Shown here: piece after piece, positions 8,132-15,995 of the stretch | How positions within the stretch are numbered: the stretch's first letter is position 1 | Layout: every line of letters starts with the position of its first letter | DNA from: Gammaproteobacteria bacterium | GTDB lineage: Bacteria > Pseudomonadota > Gammaproteobacteria > UBA12402 | Direction of reading: 5' to 3' | Length of the DNA: 56,516 nucleotides | NCBI GenBank assembly: GCA_016930035.1 | Contig: JAFGHQ010000044.1 | Location: forward strand, 1 to 56,516 | Notes under the pieces: generated by a model | What the model saw: only the letters and a program-made list of their open reading frames with translations | What the model was told of the DNA's origin: nothing | Databases searched by the model: none | Program-made: the position numbers and the translations under genes

Positions 8132-8923
8132 GTGGGAAAAATTATTGCCATCGTCAATCAAAAAGGGGGAGTCGGAAAAACAACGACTTCTGTCAATTTG
8201 GCCGCTTCTTTGGCTGCTGCAAAACGCAAAATCCTATTGGTAGATCTTGATCCTCAAGGTAATGCCACGATGGGGAGCGGATTTGAAAAGCATACCGTTC
8301 AAAATACGGTCAACGAACTATTGCTTCAAGAGATAGGCTTAAATGCGGTTGTTCAGGTTTCTCCTTCAGGTTTTGATCTTTTACCGGCTAATGGTGATTT
8401 GACGGTTTCTGAGGTCAAATTACTGAGGCTGCCGAACCGAGAAATGCGATTGAAAAAACAATTGGATACTGTGGTGGATCATTATGATTTTATTATGATC
8501 GACTGCCCTCCCGCGCTAAATGTTTTGACTTTAAATGCATTGGTTGCCGCTCACTCGGTGATCATTCCGCTTCAATGTGAATATTATGCCTTAGAAGGGC
8601 TATCAGATCTTTTAAATACGATCGAGCAAATCAAAAATACCATCAATCCCGAATTAGAAATTCAAGGGATTCTGCGCACGATGTACGATGGACGCAATCG
8701 TTTGTCTTTGGAAGTTTCTGAACAATTATTAAAACATTTTGGCAATAAGGTTTATCGTACGGTGATTCCCCGAAATGTTCGACTGGCAGAAGCCCCCAGT
8801 CATGGTAAAGCCGCGCTTGATTATGATAAACGATCACATGGAACGATAGCTTATCTGGCCTTGGCCGGAGAAGTTATACGCCGCCAGAAACTCTTATCAG
8901 CTCCAAATACGATTGGCAAATAA
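8132..8923 (+). CDS. parA: Chromosome partitioning ATPase ParA/Soj
   Basis: Deviant Walker A (KGGVGKTTT), LLVDLDPQGNAT and MIDCPP motifs. GTG start. Confidence 0.93.
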   Translation: MGKIIAIVNQKGGVGKTTTSVNLAASLAAAKRKILLVDLDPQGNATMGSGFEKHTVQNTVNELLLQEIGLNAVVQVSPSGFDLLPANGDLTVSEVKLLRLPNREMRLKKQLDTVVDHYDFIMIDCPPALNVLTLNALVAAHSVIIPLQCEYYALEGLSDLLNTIEQIKNTINPELEIQGILRTMYDGRNRLSLEVSEQLLKHFGNKVYRTVIPRNVRLAEAPSHGKAALDYDKRSHGTIAYLALAGEVIRRQKLLSAPNTIGK

Positions 8924-8990
8924 ACAATTGCCTCTCTAAATGGCCAGACACAGTCCAGCAATTTAAGTTGGGCACATTATTAAGATACTC

Positions 8991-9905
8991 ATGACATTTG
9001 ATTTTTTTAAGCCAATTTGTTCTCGTTTTGATCTGGGTTATTTGCTTGAAACGTTCTCTGTTTGTAGGGGGATTCTGCATCAAGTCTATCCCATCAAAAC
9101 CCAAAAGGATCAATTTGCCATAAAAATTTTGAATCCCTATTTAACTCAACATGTAGGTTACTTAGAACAAATTGAGAACGCTCAAAAGTTTGCCAGAATA
9201 TGTCAAAAAAATGGAATGCCTGCAGTCACGGCACAAGTTTATGATCAAAAAATCGTGTTTCAACAAGATCATTTATATTTTATGATTTTTCCATGGATTC
9301 AAGGAAAATCGTTCTCCAAAACGAGTCAATCCTTGTCTGCATTTAATCAAGCCAGACAGTTATTAATCAAGATTCACCAAATCGGGGCTTCTATCAAAGA
9401 TATCCAAATGCCTCATCTTTTGGAAAATATACGAAATTCTATTAATTTAAATTGGTCTGCACTTATTCAAAAAGGTAAAAAGCACCAATGTGCTTGGGTT
9501 GGTGATGTTCAAAAAAATAGGCCATTGATCGAAAAAGTTATTGTTCATTTCAATGATGCTTATCCAGAACTTTGTAAAAATCAGGTGCTGAGTCATGGCG
9601 ATTTTTTGCCTAAAAATGTACTTTGGGACGGTCAAAACCAACCATTTATTATCGATTGGGAATTTGCAGGATTTGTGAATCCTGAATGTGAATTATTTGA
9701 TGTGACATTCAATTGGTATCAGGAACGAGCTTTAAGGCAGCACTTTTCTCCTAACGTCATTTCCGGCTGTTTGGGCAATTGGCTGAGCTGGGTAGTTTTT
9801 AATATGCACCGAACATTTTGGGATGATATTGGTAAAAGCGAATTAAAAATAGCTGAACAGGAGATTAGCAAAACGCTGGAATGTATTAACGTCAGTTATG
9901 GATAA
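8991..9905 (+). CDS. Aminoglycoside/choline-kinase-like phosphotransferase (APH fold)
   Basis: Catalytic loop HGDFLPKNVLWD (HxDxxxxN) and IDWEFAG (metal-binding D). 304 aa. Confidence 0.65.
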   Translation: MTFDFFKPICSRFDLGYLLETFSVCRGILHQVYPIKTQKDQFAIKILNPYLTQHVGYLEQIENAQKFARICQKNGMPAVTAQVYDQKIVFQQDHLYFMIFPWIQGKSFSKTSQSLSAFNQARQLLIKIHQIGASIKDIQMPHLLENIRNSINLNWSALIQKGKKHQCAWVGDVQKNRPLIEKVIVHFNDAYPELCKNQVLSHGDFLPKNVLWDGQNQPFIIDWEFAGFVNPECELFDVTFNWYQERALRQHFSPNVISGCLGNWLSWVVFNMHRTFWDDIGKSELKIAEQEISKTLECINVSYG

Positions 9906-10014
9906 CTGACGTAATTTTAAATGTTAAATTTTAGATTTTAAATGTCGGAATTGCTTCCCCCCTTCGCATGTTCCATGCTATGACGGAGCAGTGCGCCTGT
10001 CCATACCATAATCA

Positions 10015-10455
10015 TCATTCTTCAAGAATCGGGAAATCTGTCGCCACATCTAAAATTTGGTCGAATTCATAATCAGCTTCAATCGTATTTTTTATTTTGG
10101 GATGATTTTTTTCATAGAGATATAGGGCAATACTTTTTTCCGCATAAATAAAATTTTCGGGAGAAACAGAACTGAATTCATATGTTTTGCCATCCGGCAT
10201 CTTGATAGTTAGCGTACAAAAATTTTGTTGTTGATTCATTTGTACATTGAAATCCGCGTGCTCATCGAAGTCCTCATATAGTTGATCTTCTACTAACGTA
10301 TTTTTTAAAAAATCGTAACATGAGATGGGTGGTGTGGTTCCATTTGCTTGAACAGTATTGGCCGTTTGGGTGGGTTGTTGGGCAAAGGCAGAGGAAATAA
10401 GCATGAAAGAAATAGCTAGAACTAGTGTTTTGCAGAATAGTTTTTTCATGGACAT
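10015..10455 (-). CDS. Small secreted hypothetical protein
   Basis: 146 aa with a clear Sec signal peptide (MSMKKLFCKTLVLAISFMLISSAFA|QQ). I recognise no family. Confidence 0.55.
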   Translation of the reverse strand: MSMKKLFCKTLVLAISFMLISSAFAQQPTQTANTVQANGTTPPISCYDFLKNTLVEDQLYEDFDEHADFNVQMNQQQNFCTLTIKMPDGKTYEFSSVSPENFIYAEKSIALYLYEKNHPKIKNTIEADYEFDQILDVATDFPILEE

Positions 10456-10537
10456 ATGCTCCTTATCGAGGGTTGGTTTGATTTTATTTTATCTAGTTTT
10501 TGGGTTGATTAATAGTTTTCTTTCTCTGAGGATTTGG

Positions 10538-10553
10538 TTTTTTTTGGGGGGGG
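10538..10553. repeat. Homopolymer pair T8G8 (C8A8 on the minus strand), ~85-100 bp upstream of the secreted-protein gene
   Basis: Counted directly in ..GATTTGGTTTTTTTTGGGGGGGGATAG.. Confidence 0.9.
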
Positions 10554-10646
10554 ATAGATTGCGTTTTTCATATTTCTTCTGGATTGCTTTATCTCTTTCT
10601 TCCTATAAATTCGCCTTGCTGATTTGGCCTCTTTATCATTTCAGAT

Positions 10647-11483
10647 CTAAATGGCCTTTTTATATAACTGATTCTTTTTCTTGCCGGTGATTTTGGCCAC
10701 AAGGGAGACGGCTTGTTTGGTAGGAAGTTCTTGAGAAAGGATTTTTAGCATTTTAAGATCCTGATCGTTTATCAATTTTTCATCAGTCTTATCAATTCCG
10801 TGAATGATCACCACAAATTCGCCTTGCTGTTGCTCCGGATTTTTCTTTATTTCGTCTAATAGTTCTACTAATGAACCGTCCGAAATGGTCTCAAACATTT
10901 TTGTCAGTTCGCGGGCAATAACCGCTTGCCGCTCTTGGCCAAAAACTGTTGTCATATCTTCTAGCATGGCAATAATACGATGCGGAGACTCATAAAAAAT
11001 CATAGTTCTTGATTCGTTTTGTAAATTTTCTAAATATTTGACTCGGGCATTGTGTTTTGCGGGCAAAAATCCCTCGAAAATAAAACGATCCGAAGGTAAT
11101 CCGGAAACGCTTAGTGCGGCAATAGCAGCACAGGCTCCAGGAACAGGAATCACATTTATATTTTCTGCTCTTGCTCTTCGCACCAGACGAAATCCCGGAT
11201 CGCTAATTAAAGGGGTTCCCGCGTCAGAAATAAGCGCAATGGATTTTGACTGTTGGAGTAACGTCATGATGTGCTCAATATCTTTTTCCTTGCTGTATTC
11301 ATGGAACGCAATCAACGGAGTTTTAATAGAGAAGTGGTGAAGTAAAGGCTTGCTATGACGGGTATCTTCTGCTGCAATAAAATCCACCTTTTTTAAGGTT
11401 TCAATAGCGCGAGAGGAAATATCCGATAAATTGCCAATAGGTGTAGCAACAATATAGAGCGTTCCTAAGTTACTCGATAACAT
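10647..11483 (-). CDS. rsmI: 16S rRNA (cytidine1402-2'-O)-methyltransferase RsmI
   Basis: LYIVATPIGNLSDIS..AAEDTRHS N-terminus and tetrapyrrole-methylase fold motifs. I prefer the ATG at 11483 (GAGGA RBS) over the track GTG at 11501. Either start overlaps the mvk stop. Confidence 0.88.
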   Translation of the reverse strand: MLSSNLGTLYIVATPIGNLSDISSRAIETLKKVDFIAAEDTRHSKPLLHHFSIKTPLIAFHEYSKEKDIEHIMTLLQQSKSIALISDAGTPLISDPGFRLVRRARAENINVIPVPGACAAIAALSVSGLPSDRFIFEGFLPAKHNARVKYLENLQNESRTMIFYESPHRIIAMLEDMTTVFGQERQAVIARELTKMFETISDGSLVELLDEIKKNPEQQQGEFVVIIHGIDKTDEKLINDQDLKMLKILSQELPTKQAVSLVAKITGKKKNQLYKKAI

Positions 11484-12486
11484 GTAATCCTCGGCTGGCA
11501 CCTCTTACAGGACTTAAATCATATTGATATTGCGCACAAATTTTCGTTACCGGCTCTTTATCGTCCGCGACAATGAGCACCATACCTCCATGATGACCTG
11601 CAACAGCTCCTGCCCCACAAATTTTAGCGGCCGCACCCACAGACTCGAGATCCTTAATGAAATTTTGTGTCGCCCCCGGAACAACGCCAATCCTCACGAG
11701 CAATCGATGATTTTGTTTTATTAAATCACGTATTTCGGCTAATTTTTGATTTTGTAAAGCCTGGTGCATATGGTTGGATATTTGCTCAAATTCATCCCAT
11801 AGTGCTCCATCATTTTTAAATCGTTCGGCAACATAAGTGACACATTCCCCCGTGCCCACCACAGGCGTTCCTGTATTAGCCATAAACATGGCAATATCAG
11901 GAAATTGGTACATTTGCACTTGTCCTGATTGAAAATAGACATAGCCTCCATGAAGAGAAGCGTGCAGGTCCAAACCGCTCGGGAAACCATGTTGTAACCT
12001 TTCTGCTTCATATCCTAATTTGAGCGCTTTTTCAGGATTAAGCTCTATCCTAAAATAGGCTGCAATAGCTTGAAGTACGCTCAAAATAACAGCGGCCGAT
12101 GACCCCATCCCGCACCCAATGGGAATCGTGGATTCTGTCTTAACATTAAACCCTTTGATAATTTTAGAATTTAAATGATCGAGAAAATTAATCAGTGTAA
12201 ATTGAGCTAATTCAAATGGCGTTTGCAAAACATCACGAATACCACATTCATTATTGACAAATAGTTGATATTTATGAAAAAGACGATTTTTGATTTCACG
12301 TAACGTTTGAATGGTAAAGGAGTCTTTATAGCGAAAATTCAACAAGCTGAATGAAATAAGTTTTGAAAATTGTGGCGTGATAGTGGTTTGCGCATATCGA
12401 TCCACAGCAATGGCTATTGCCGGTCGCCCATAAACGACAGCATGTTCACCTGATAAAATCAATTTTCCGGGAGAAATCGCTTTCAT
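11470..12486 (-). CDS. mvk: Mevalonate kinase (GHMP family)
   Basis: KLILSGEHAVVYG N-terminal motif and GHMP ATP motif PIGCGMGSSAAV. Its ATG overlaps the upstream stop (ATGA). Confidence 0.8.
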   Translation of the reverse strand: MKAISPGKLILSGEHAVVYGRPAIAIAVDRYAQTTITPQFSKLISFSLLNFRYKDSFTIQTLREIKNRLFHKYQLFVNNECGIRDVLQTPFELAQFTLINFLDHLNSKIIKGFNVKTESTIPIGCGMGSSAAVILSVLQAIAAYFRIELNPEKALKLGYEAERLQHGFPSGLDLHASLHGGYVYFQSGQVQMYQFPDIAMFMANTGTPVVGTGECVTYVAERFKNDGALWDEFEQISNHMHQALQNQKLAEIRDLIKQNHRLLVRIGVVPGATQNFIKDLESVGAAAKICGAGAVAGHHGGMVLIVADDKEPVTKICAQYQYDLSPVRGASRGLHVIE

Positions 12487-13667
12487 GTTATTTTTTCGTA
12501 AATACGCTTATGTTTCTCAATGCCCGCTAACCTAAAATCCCCTGTTTTGTACTGATGAGGGGTGAGAAATTTGGAGCCATCTTCCGGTAAACGAAAATGA
12601 TAAAATGTTTCGTAATCTTCATAGGATAGTGGATGCCGAAATGCAAGCATTTCTTTATGCGTTTCTGTTTTGAGTAAACTTTTATATTCGGGTTGTATCA
12701 TACCGCTAAAATATTCGGCCATGCAACCGGATCCATAACTGTAAAAACCAATTCGTTTTCCAGCCAAATTATCTGTTTTATTTTCTAAAGCTGAAATTAA
12801 GTTAACATATAATGCCGCTGTATAACTGTTACCGACTAATCGTGAATAAACCAAAGAATCAGCCACGACTGATTTGGCGGCCTCATCGGATAATTCTTGT
12901 TGATTAATTCTAGCAAGCAGTTTGTGGGCTTTTTCAACGAGACGTGGTACTGGGCTATGATAGCAATGTATATCCAAATCTTTAAATGTGCGCCCTGTTA
13001 CTTCTTTAAAGTGAGTCCAGGAGGACTCTAATGCTTTAAGATATAGCGTTGATGAATATTTGCCTTCCACGATGGCGGCTCGTTTGTATTGCGGCCTCCA
13101 AAAATCCATCACATCCTCAGTGTGAAGACCTGAACCAGATTCTAATGCGATCATACGGGGGTTAGTACTCAGTATCATAGCAACAGCCCCGGAGCCTTGA
13201 GATGATTCGGCCGCTGAATGTAAGCTATATTTTGCAATATCTGAGGCTATAATAAGTATTTTTTTGGAAGGATTTTGGAGTAGAAGCGCGCTGCCAAGCT
13301 TAAGTGCCGCAGTCATACCATAGCAAGCTTGTTTTAATTCAACGACACGGCAACGCAACGGCAAATTTAATAAACGATGAAGATACGTTCCTCCTGATTT
13401 CGATTGATCAAAAGCGGATTCCGTTGCAAAAAGCACCGTCTCAATGTCATTTAAATCAATATTTTTAAGTAGGCGGTAGGCAGCATTAGCCCCCATAGTT
13501 ACAATATCTTCGCAAGGAGCAGGAAGCGCCATTTTAAATTGGCCTAATCCCACGTGAAATTTATTCACGTCAATGTCTCGTTTTTGGGCTAAGATTTCAA
13601 GATCTAAATAATAATTGGGGACATAAAAATCAATTGCGTCAATACCTATTTGATGATTCATTAGCAT
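12483..13667 (-). CDS. mvaS: Hydroxymethylglutaryl-CoA synthase
   Basis: 394 aa of the thiolase-like/HMGS pattern, with an active-site Cys context (ELKQACYGMTAAL) and an N-terminal IGIDAIDFYVP. Confidence 0.85.
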   Translation of the reverse strand: MLMNHQIGIDAIDFYVPNYYLDLEILAQKRDIDVNKFHVGLGQFKMALPAPCEDIVTMGANAAYRLLKNIDLNDIETVLFATESAFDQSKSGGTYLHRLLNLPLRCRVVELKQACYGMTAALKLGSALLLQNPSKKILIIASDIAKYSLHSAAESSQGSGAVAMILSTNPRMIALESGSGLHTEDVMDFWRPQYKRAAIVEGKYSSTLYLKALESSWTHFKEVTGRTFKDLDIHCYHSPVPRLVEKAHKLLARINQQELSDEAAKSVVADSLVYSRLVGNSYTAALYVNLISALENKTDNLAGKRIGFYSYGSGCMAEYFSGMIQPEYKSLLKTETHKEMLAFRHPLSYEDYETFYHFRLPEDGSKFLTPHQYKTGDFRLAGIEKHKRIYEKIT

Positions 13668-13708
13668 TACCTTATCAAGAATTCGGCGCTATCGAATTCA
13701 ATAACCGA

Positions 13709-14776
13709 TCACGGATTCAAAATTTCTATACGTTTTTTTTGCTTTTTAGTTTTAGCCGATCTTTCGAGTACGCGATGACACCGCATTAACTCTCCAGGCA
13801 CTGTCTGGCTGGCAAGCAAAGATAATTCACCGCAAAGTACGGTAGCTGCAGCGATAATAGCCAAACGATGAGCATTATCTCCGGGTGGTACATCAGCTAA
13901 ACACCCCAGTTCTTTCAAATTTTCCTGAACAAAATCTAATTCCTTACCATTGCCTACTGTTCCTACAATAATATTAGGTAACGTAACTGAAAAATATAAA
14001 TCAGTTTTACAAATTTCAGCCGTCACTAAGCCTTGAGACCCTTCAATGATGTTAGCTGCATCTTGTCCCGTAGCTAAATAAAAAGCGAGCAGCATATTGG
14101 CGAAATGAGCATTCGCACTACGAATGCTTCCTGATAATATTGATCCGATCAGGTTTTTTTCAATATTAATTCTAACAATCTGTTCCGGTGTGATTTTTAG
14201 AATTTTCTCGCAAATATCTCGGGGAATGGTCATTTCAGCGACTACATTTTTTCCTCGCCCTAAAATCCCATTTACTGCGGAAACTTTTTTGTCCGTGCAA
14301 TAATTTCCAGAAATCGAACGATATGCTAAAACGGGGTATGCTTTTAAAAACCATTGCATGAGTGAATCAGCTGATTGAGTTACCATGTTATGGCCTGATG
14401 CATCCCCTGTAAAAAATTCAAATCTTGTGTATAAAAGATGGCCGACAATTTGAAAGTGTATATCTAAAAGTTTGGCAAAACGACTTGTTTGAGCAATAAC
14501 GGCTTGCAATTCTTGTTTACGATTTTTTGCCTCCTGAATAATTTTTAACGCAGTTTCTGCATCAGGCGCTTTGAAGATGACCGAACGGGTCATTCGATCA
14601 TCGATCAAAGTTACGTAAATACCCGCTGATTCCCGAGAAACTCGAGCACCTCGATTGACAGAAGGCCACAGGGGTGATTCAAAGGTAGCGAGTGGAACCA
14701 TGACCGTTTCAGGGGTGCTATCAATGATAATCTTTACAGGGCCGACTGCCCGCATAGGGATTTTTGCTATATTCAT
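13709..14776 (-). CDS. Class I-type HMG-CoA reductase catalytic domain (compact, 355 aa)
   Basis: Has SGNYCTDKK (catalytic Lys region), GQDAAN (Asp) and the C-terminal LMRCHRV (His). Variant motifs are DASGHN (usually DAMGxN) and GTVGNG (usually GTVGGG). Confidence 0.8.
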   Translation of the reverse strand: MNIAKIPMRAVGPVKIIIDSTPETVMVPLATFESPLWPSVNRGARVSRESAGIYVTLIDDRMTRSVIFKAPDAETALKIIQEAKNRKQELQAVIAQTSRFAKLLDIHFQIVGHLLYTRFEFFTGDASGHNMVTQSADSLMQWFLKAYPVLAYRSISGNYCTDKKVSAVNGILGRGKNVVAEMTIPRDICEKILKITPEQIVRINIEKNLIGSILSGSIRSANAHFANMLLAFYLATGQDAANIIEGSQGLVTAEICKTDLYFSVTLPNIIVGTVGNGKELDFVQENLKELGCLADVPPGDNAHRLAIIAAATVLCGELSLLASQTVPGELMRCHRVLERSAKTKKQKKRIEILNP

Positions 14777-14796
14777 GAATTTTTAAAAAAGTGAGT

Positions 14797-15786
14797 TTAT
14801 AACGTTTTTATATAGGATTGGCTACGGAGTTTTTCAATAAAGTCTTTCACGGCCTCATTGAGTTTTTTTTGAAAAACGATTTGTTCCGCTTGTTCTTTCG
14901 TTATTTTTTGTTGCTGCGTTGTCTTCGGATTTTCGATCAATTTGATCATATGAAATCCATTTGGGGTTTTGATTGGCTTAGTTATTTGTCCTTTTTTCAT
15001 CGAGACAATATACCCTTCAAAAACAGACGGGAGTGCTGATAAGGGCCGCCAGCCCAAATCCCCGACGTGAATCGAGGGATCGGCATTTGCAGATTCAATG
15101 GCTAGTTGTTTAAAATCTTTACCTTTTTGGAGTTGTGCAAAAATATTTTCAGCTTTTTGTTGGGCCATATCAATTTGATGAGCAGATGCTTTTTCAGGCA
15201 GTGATACAAAAATATCTTGCAAGTGATAAAGTTTGATTGTTGCATTTTTAGCTGCTGCATTGATGAAGTTTTGAATTTCTTGCGGGGTCACTTTAATTTT
15301 GGAGCCTAATTCCATGCTTTGTAGTTTTTCAACGATCATTTCTTCATGAATTTCTTGTCTAAATTCAGCGATAGTCCAGCCATCCTTTTGCACAGCCTCG
15401 TACAATTGAGACAATGTCATATGATTTTGTTTTGAAATACGATTCAAGGCCGCATTCAGTTCTAAAGTGCTCACACGGATACCAGCATTTTTAGCTGATT
15501 GAAGTTGTAATTTTCGATCAATCATTTGATCTAAAGTGCTTTTTCGCAGTTTTTGATCGCTGGGTATAGCCATGTTAGCGTGTTTAAGTTGTGATTTAAT
15601 AATGCGAATCTGATGATCCAGCGATGACTGGGTAATAACATCTTTATTAACGATAGCGACAACACGATCAATAACGGAGCTATCCGTAGTCTGTTTTATA
15701 GTCGAAACAGCAGAGGCATTATAAGAAATCCATAAAGCGATCCCTAGAAAGGAAATGAGTATCATTTTTTTTAACATAATAAACAC
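14797..15786 (-). CDS. surA: Periplasmic chaperone/PPIase SurA (single parvulin domain)
   Basis: Signal peptide, SurA N-domain (VDRVVAIVNKDVITQSSL) and one parvulin domain (GDLGW..NGFHMIKL). It sits downstream of lptD, as in other gammaproteobacteria. Confidence 0.85.
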   Translation of the reverse strand: MFIMLKKMILISFLGIALWISYNASAVSTIKQTTDSSVIDRVVAIVNKDVITQSSLDHQIRIIKSQLKHANMAIPSDQKLRKSTLDQMIDRKLQLQSAKNAGIRVSTLELNAALNRISKQNHMTLSQLYEAVQKDGWTIAEFRQEIHEEMIVEKLQSMELGSKIKVTPQEIQNFINAAAKNATIKLYHLQDIFVSLPEKASAHQIDMAQQKAENIFAQLQKGKDFKQLAIESANADPSIHVGDLGWRPLSALPSVFEGYIVSMKKGQITKPIKTPNGFHMIKLIENPKTTQQQKITKEQAEQIVFQKKLNEAVKDFIEKLRSQSYIKTL

Positions 15787-15801
15787 CTTGTTTTAATAAA
15801 G

Positions 15802-15967
15802 AATGGCGTTGTTGCATAAATCGTCATTAAGGTCATTCTGGAAATCCAGACCTCGTCATCCTGAACTTGATTCAGGATCCAGGCCTATTTAATTTAACGT
15901 CCCTGTCAACTGGATCCTGGCATCCCAGCCAGGATGACAGATGGGGTTATTTATGCAATAACTCCAT
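15802..15967. repeat. MITE-like element, family A, copy 1 (~166 bp) in the lptD-surA spacer
   Basis: Terminal inverted repeats are AATGGCGTTGTTGCATAAAT and ATTTATGCAATAACTCCAT. Internal hairpins include GTCATCCTGAACTTGATTCAGGATCCAG and TGGATCCTGGCATCCCAGCCAGGATGAC. Nearly identical copies lie at 22586-22752 and 36939-37168. Confidence 0.9.
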
Positions 15968-15995
15968 GAAGAATTCAACATTTTATTGGGTTTCG

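Noticed and set aside
2597-9000. A parS centromere site (TGTTTCACGTGAAACA-like) near parA or parB
   Set aside because: I scanned for CACGTG-centred palindromes. The only CACGTG I noticed in the whole window (about 13555, inside the HMG-CoA synthase gene) has a poor left half, and none lies in the par region. No convincing parS can be claimed without a proper matrix scan.
10358-10690. 110-aa + strand ORF across the intergenic spacer
   Set aside because: It is antisense to the start of the secreted-protein gene, contains the T8G8 tract, has low-complexity hydrophobic content and no RBS. It is likely non-coding.
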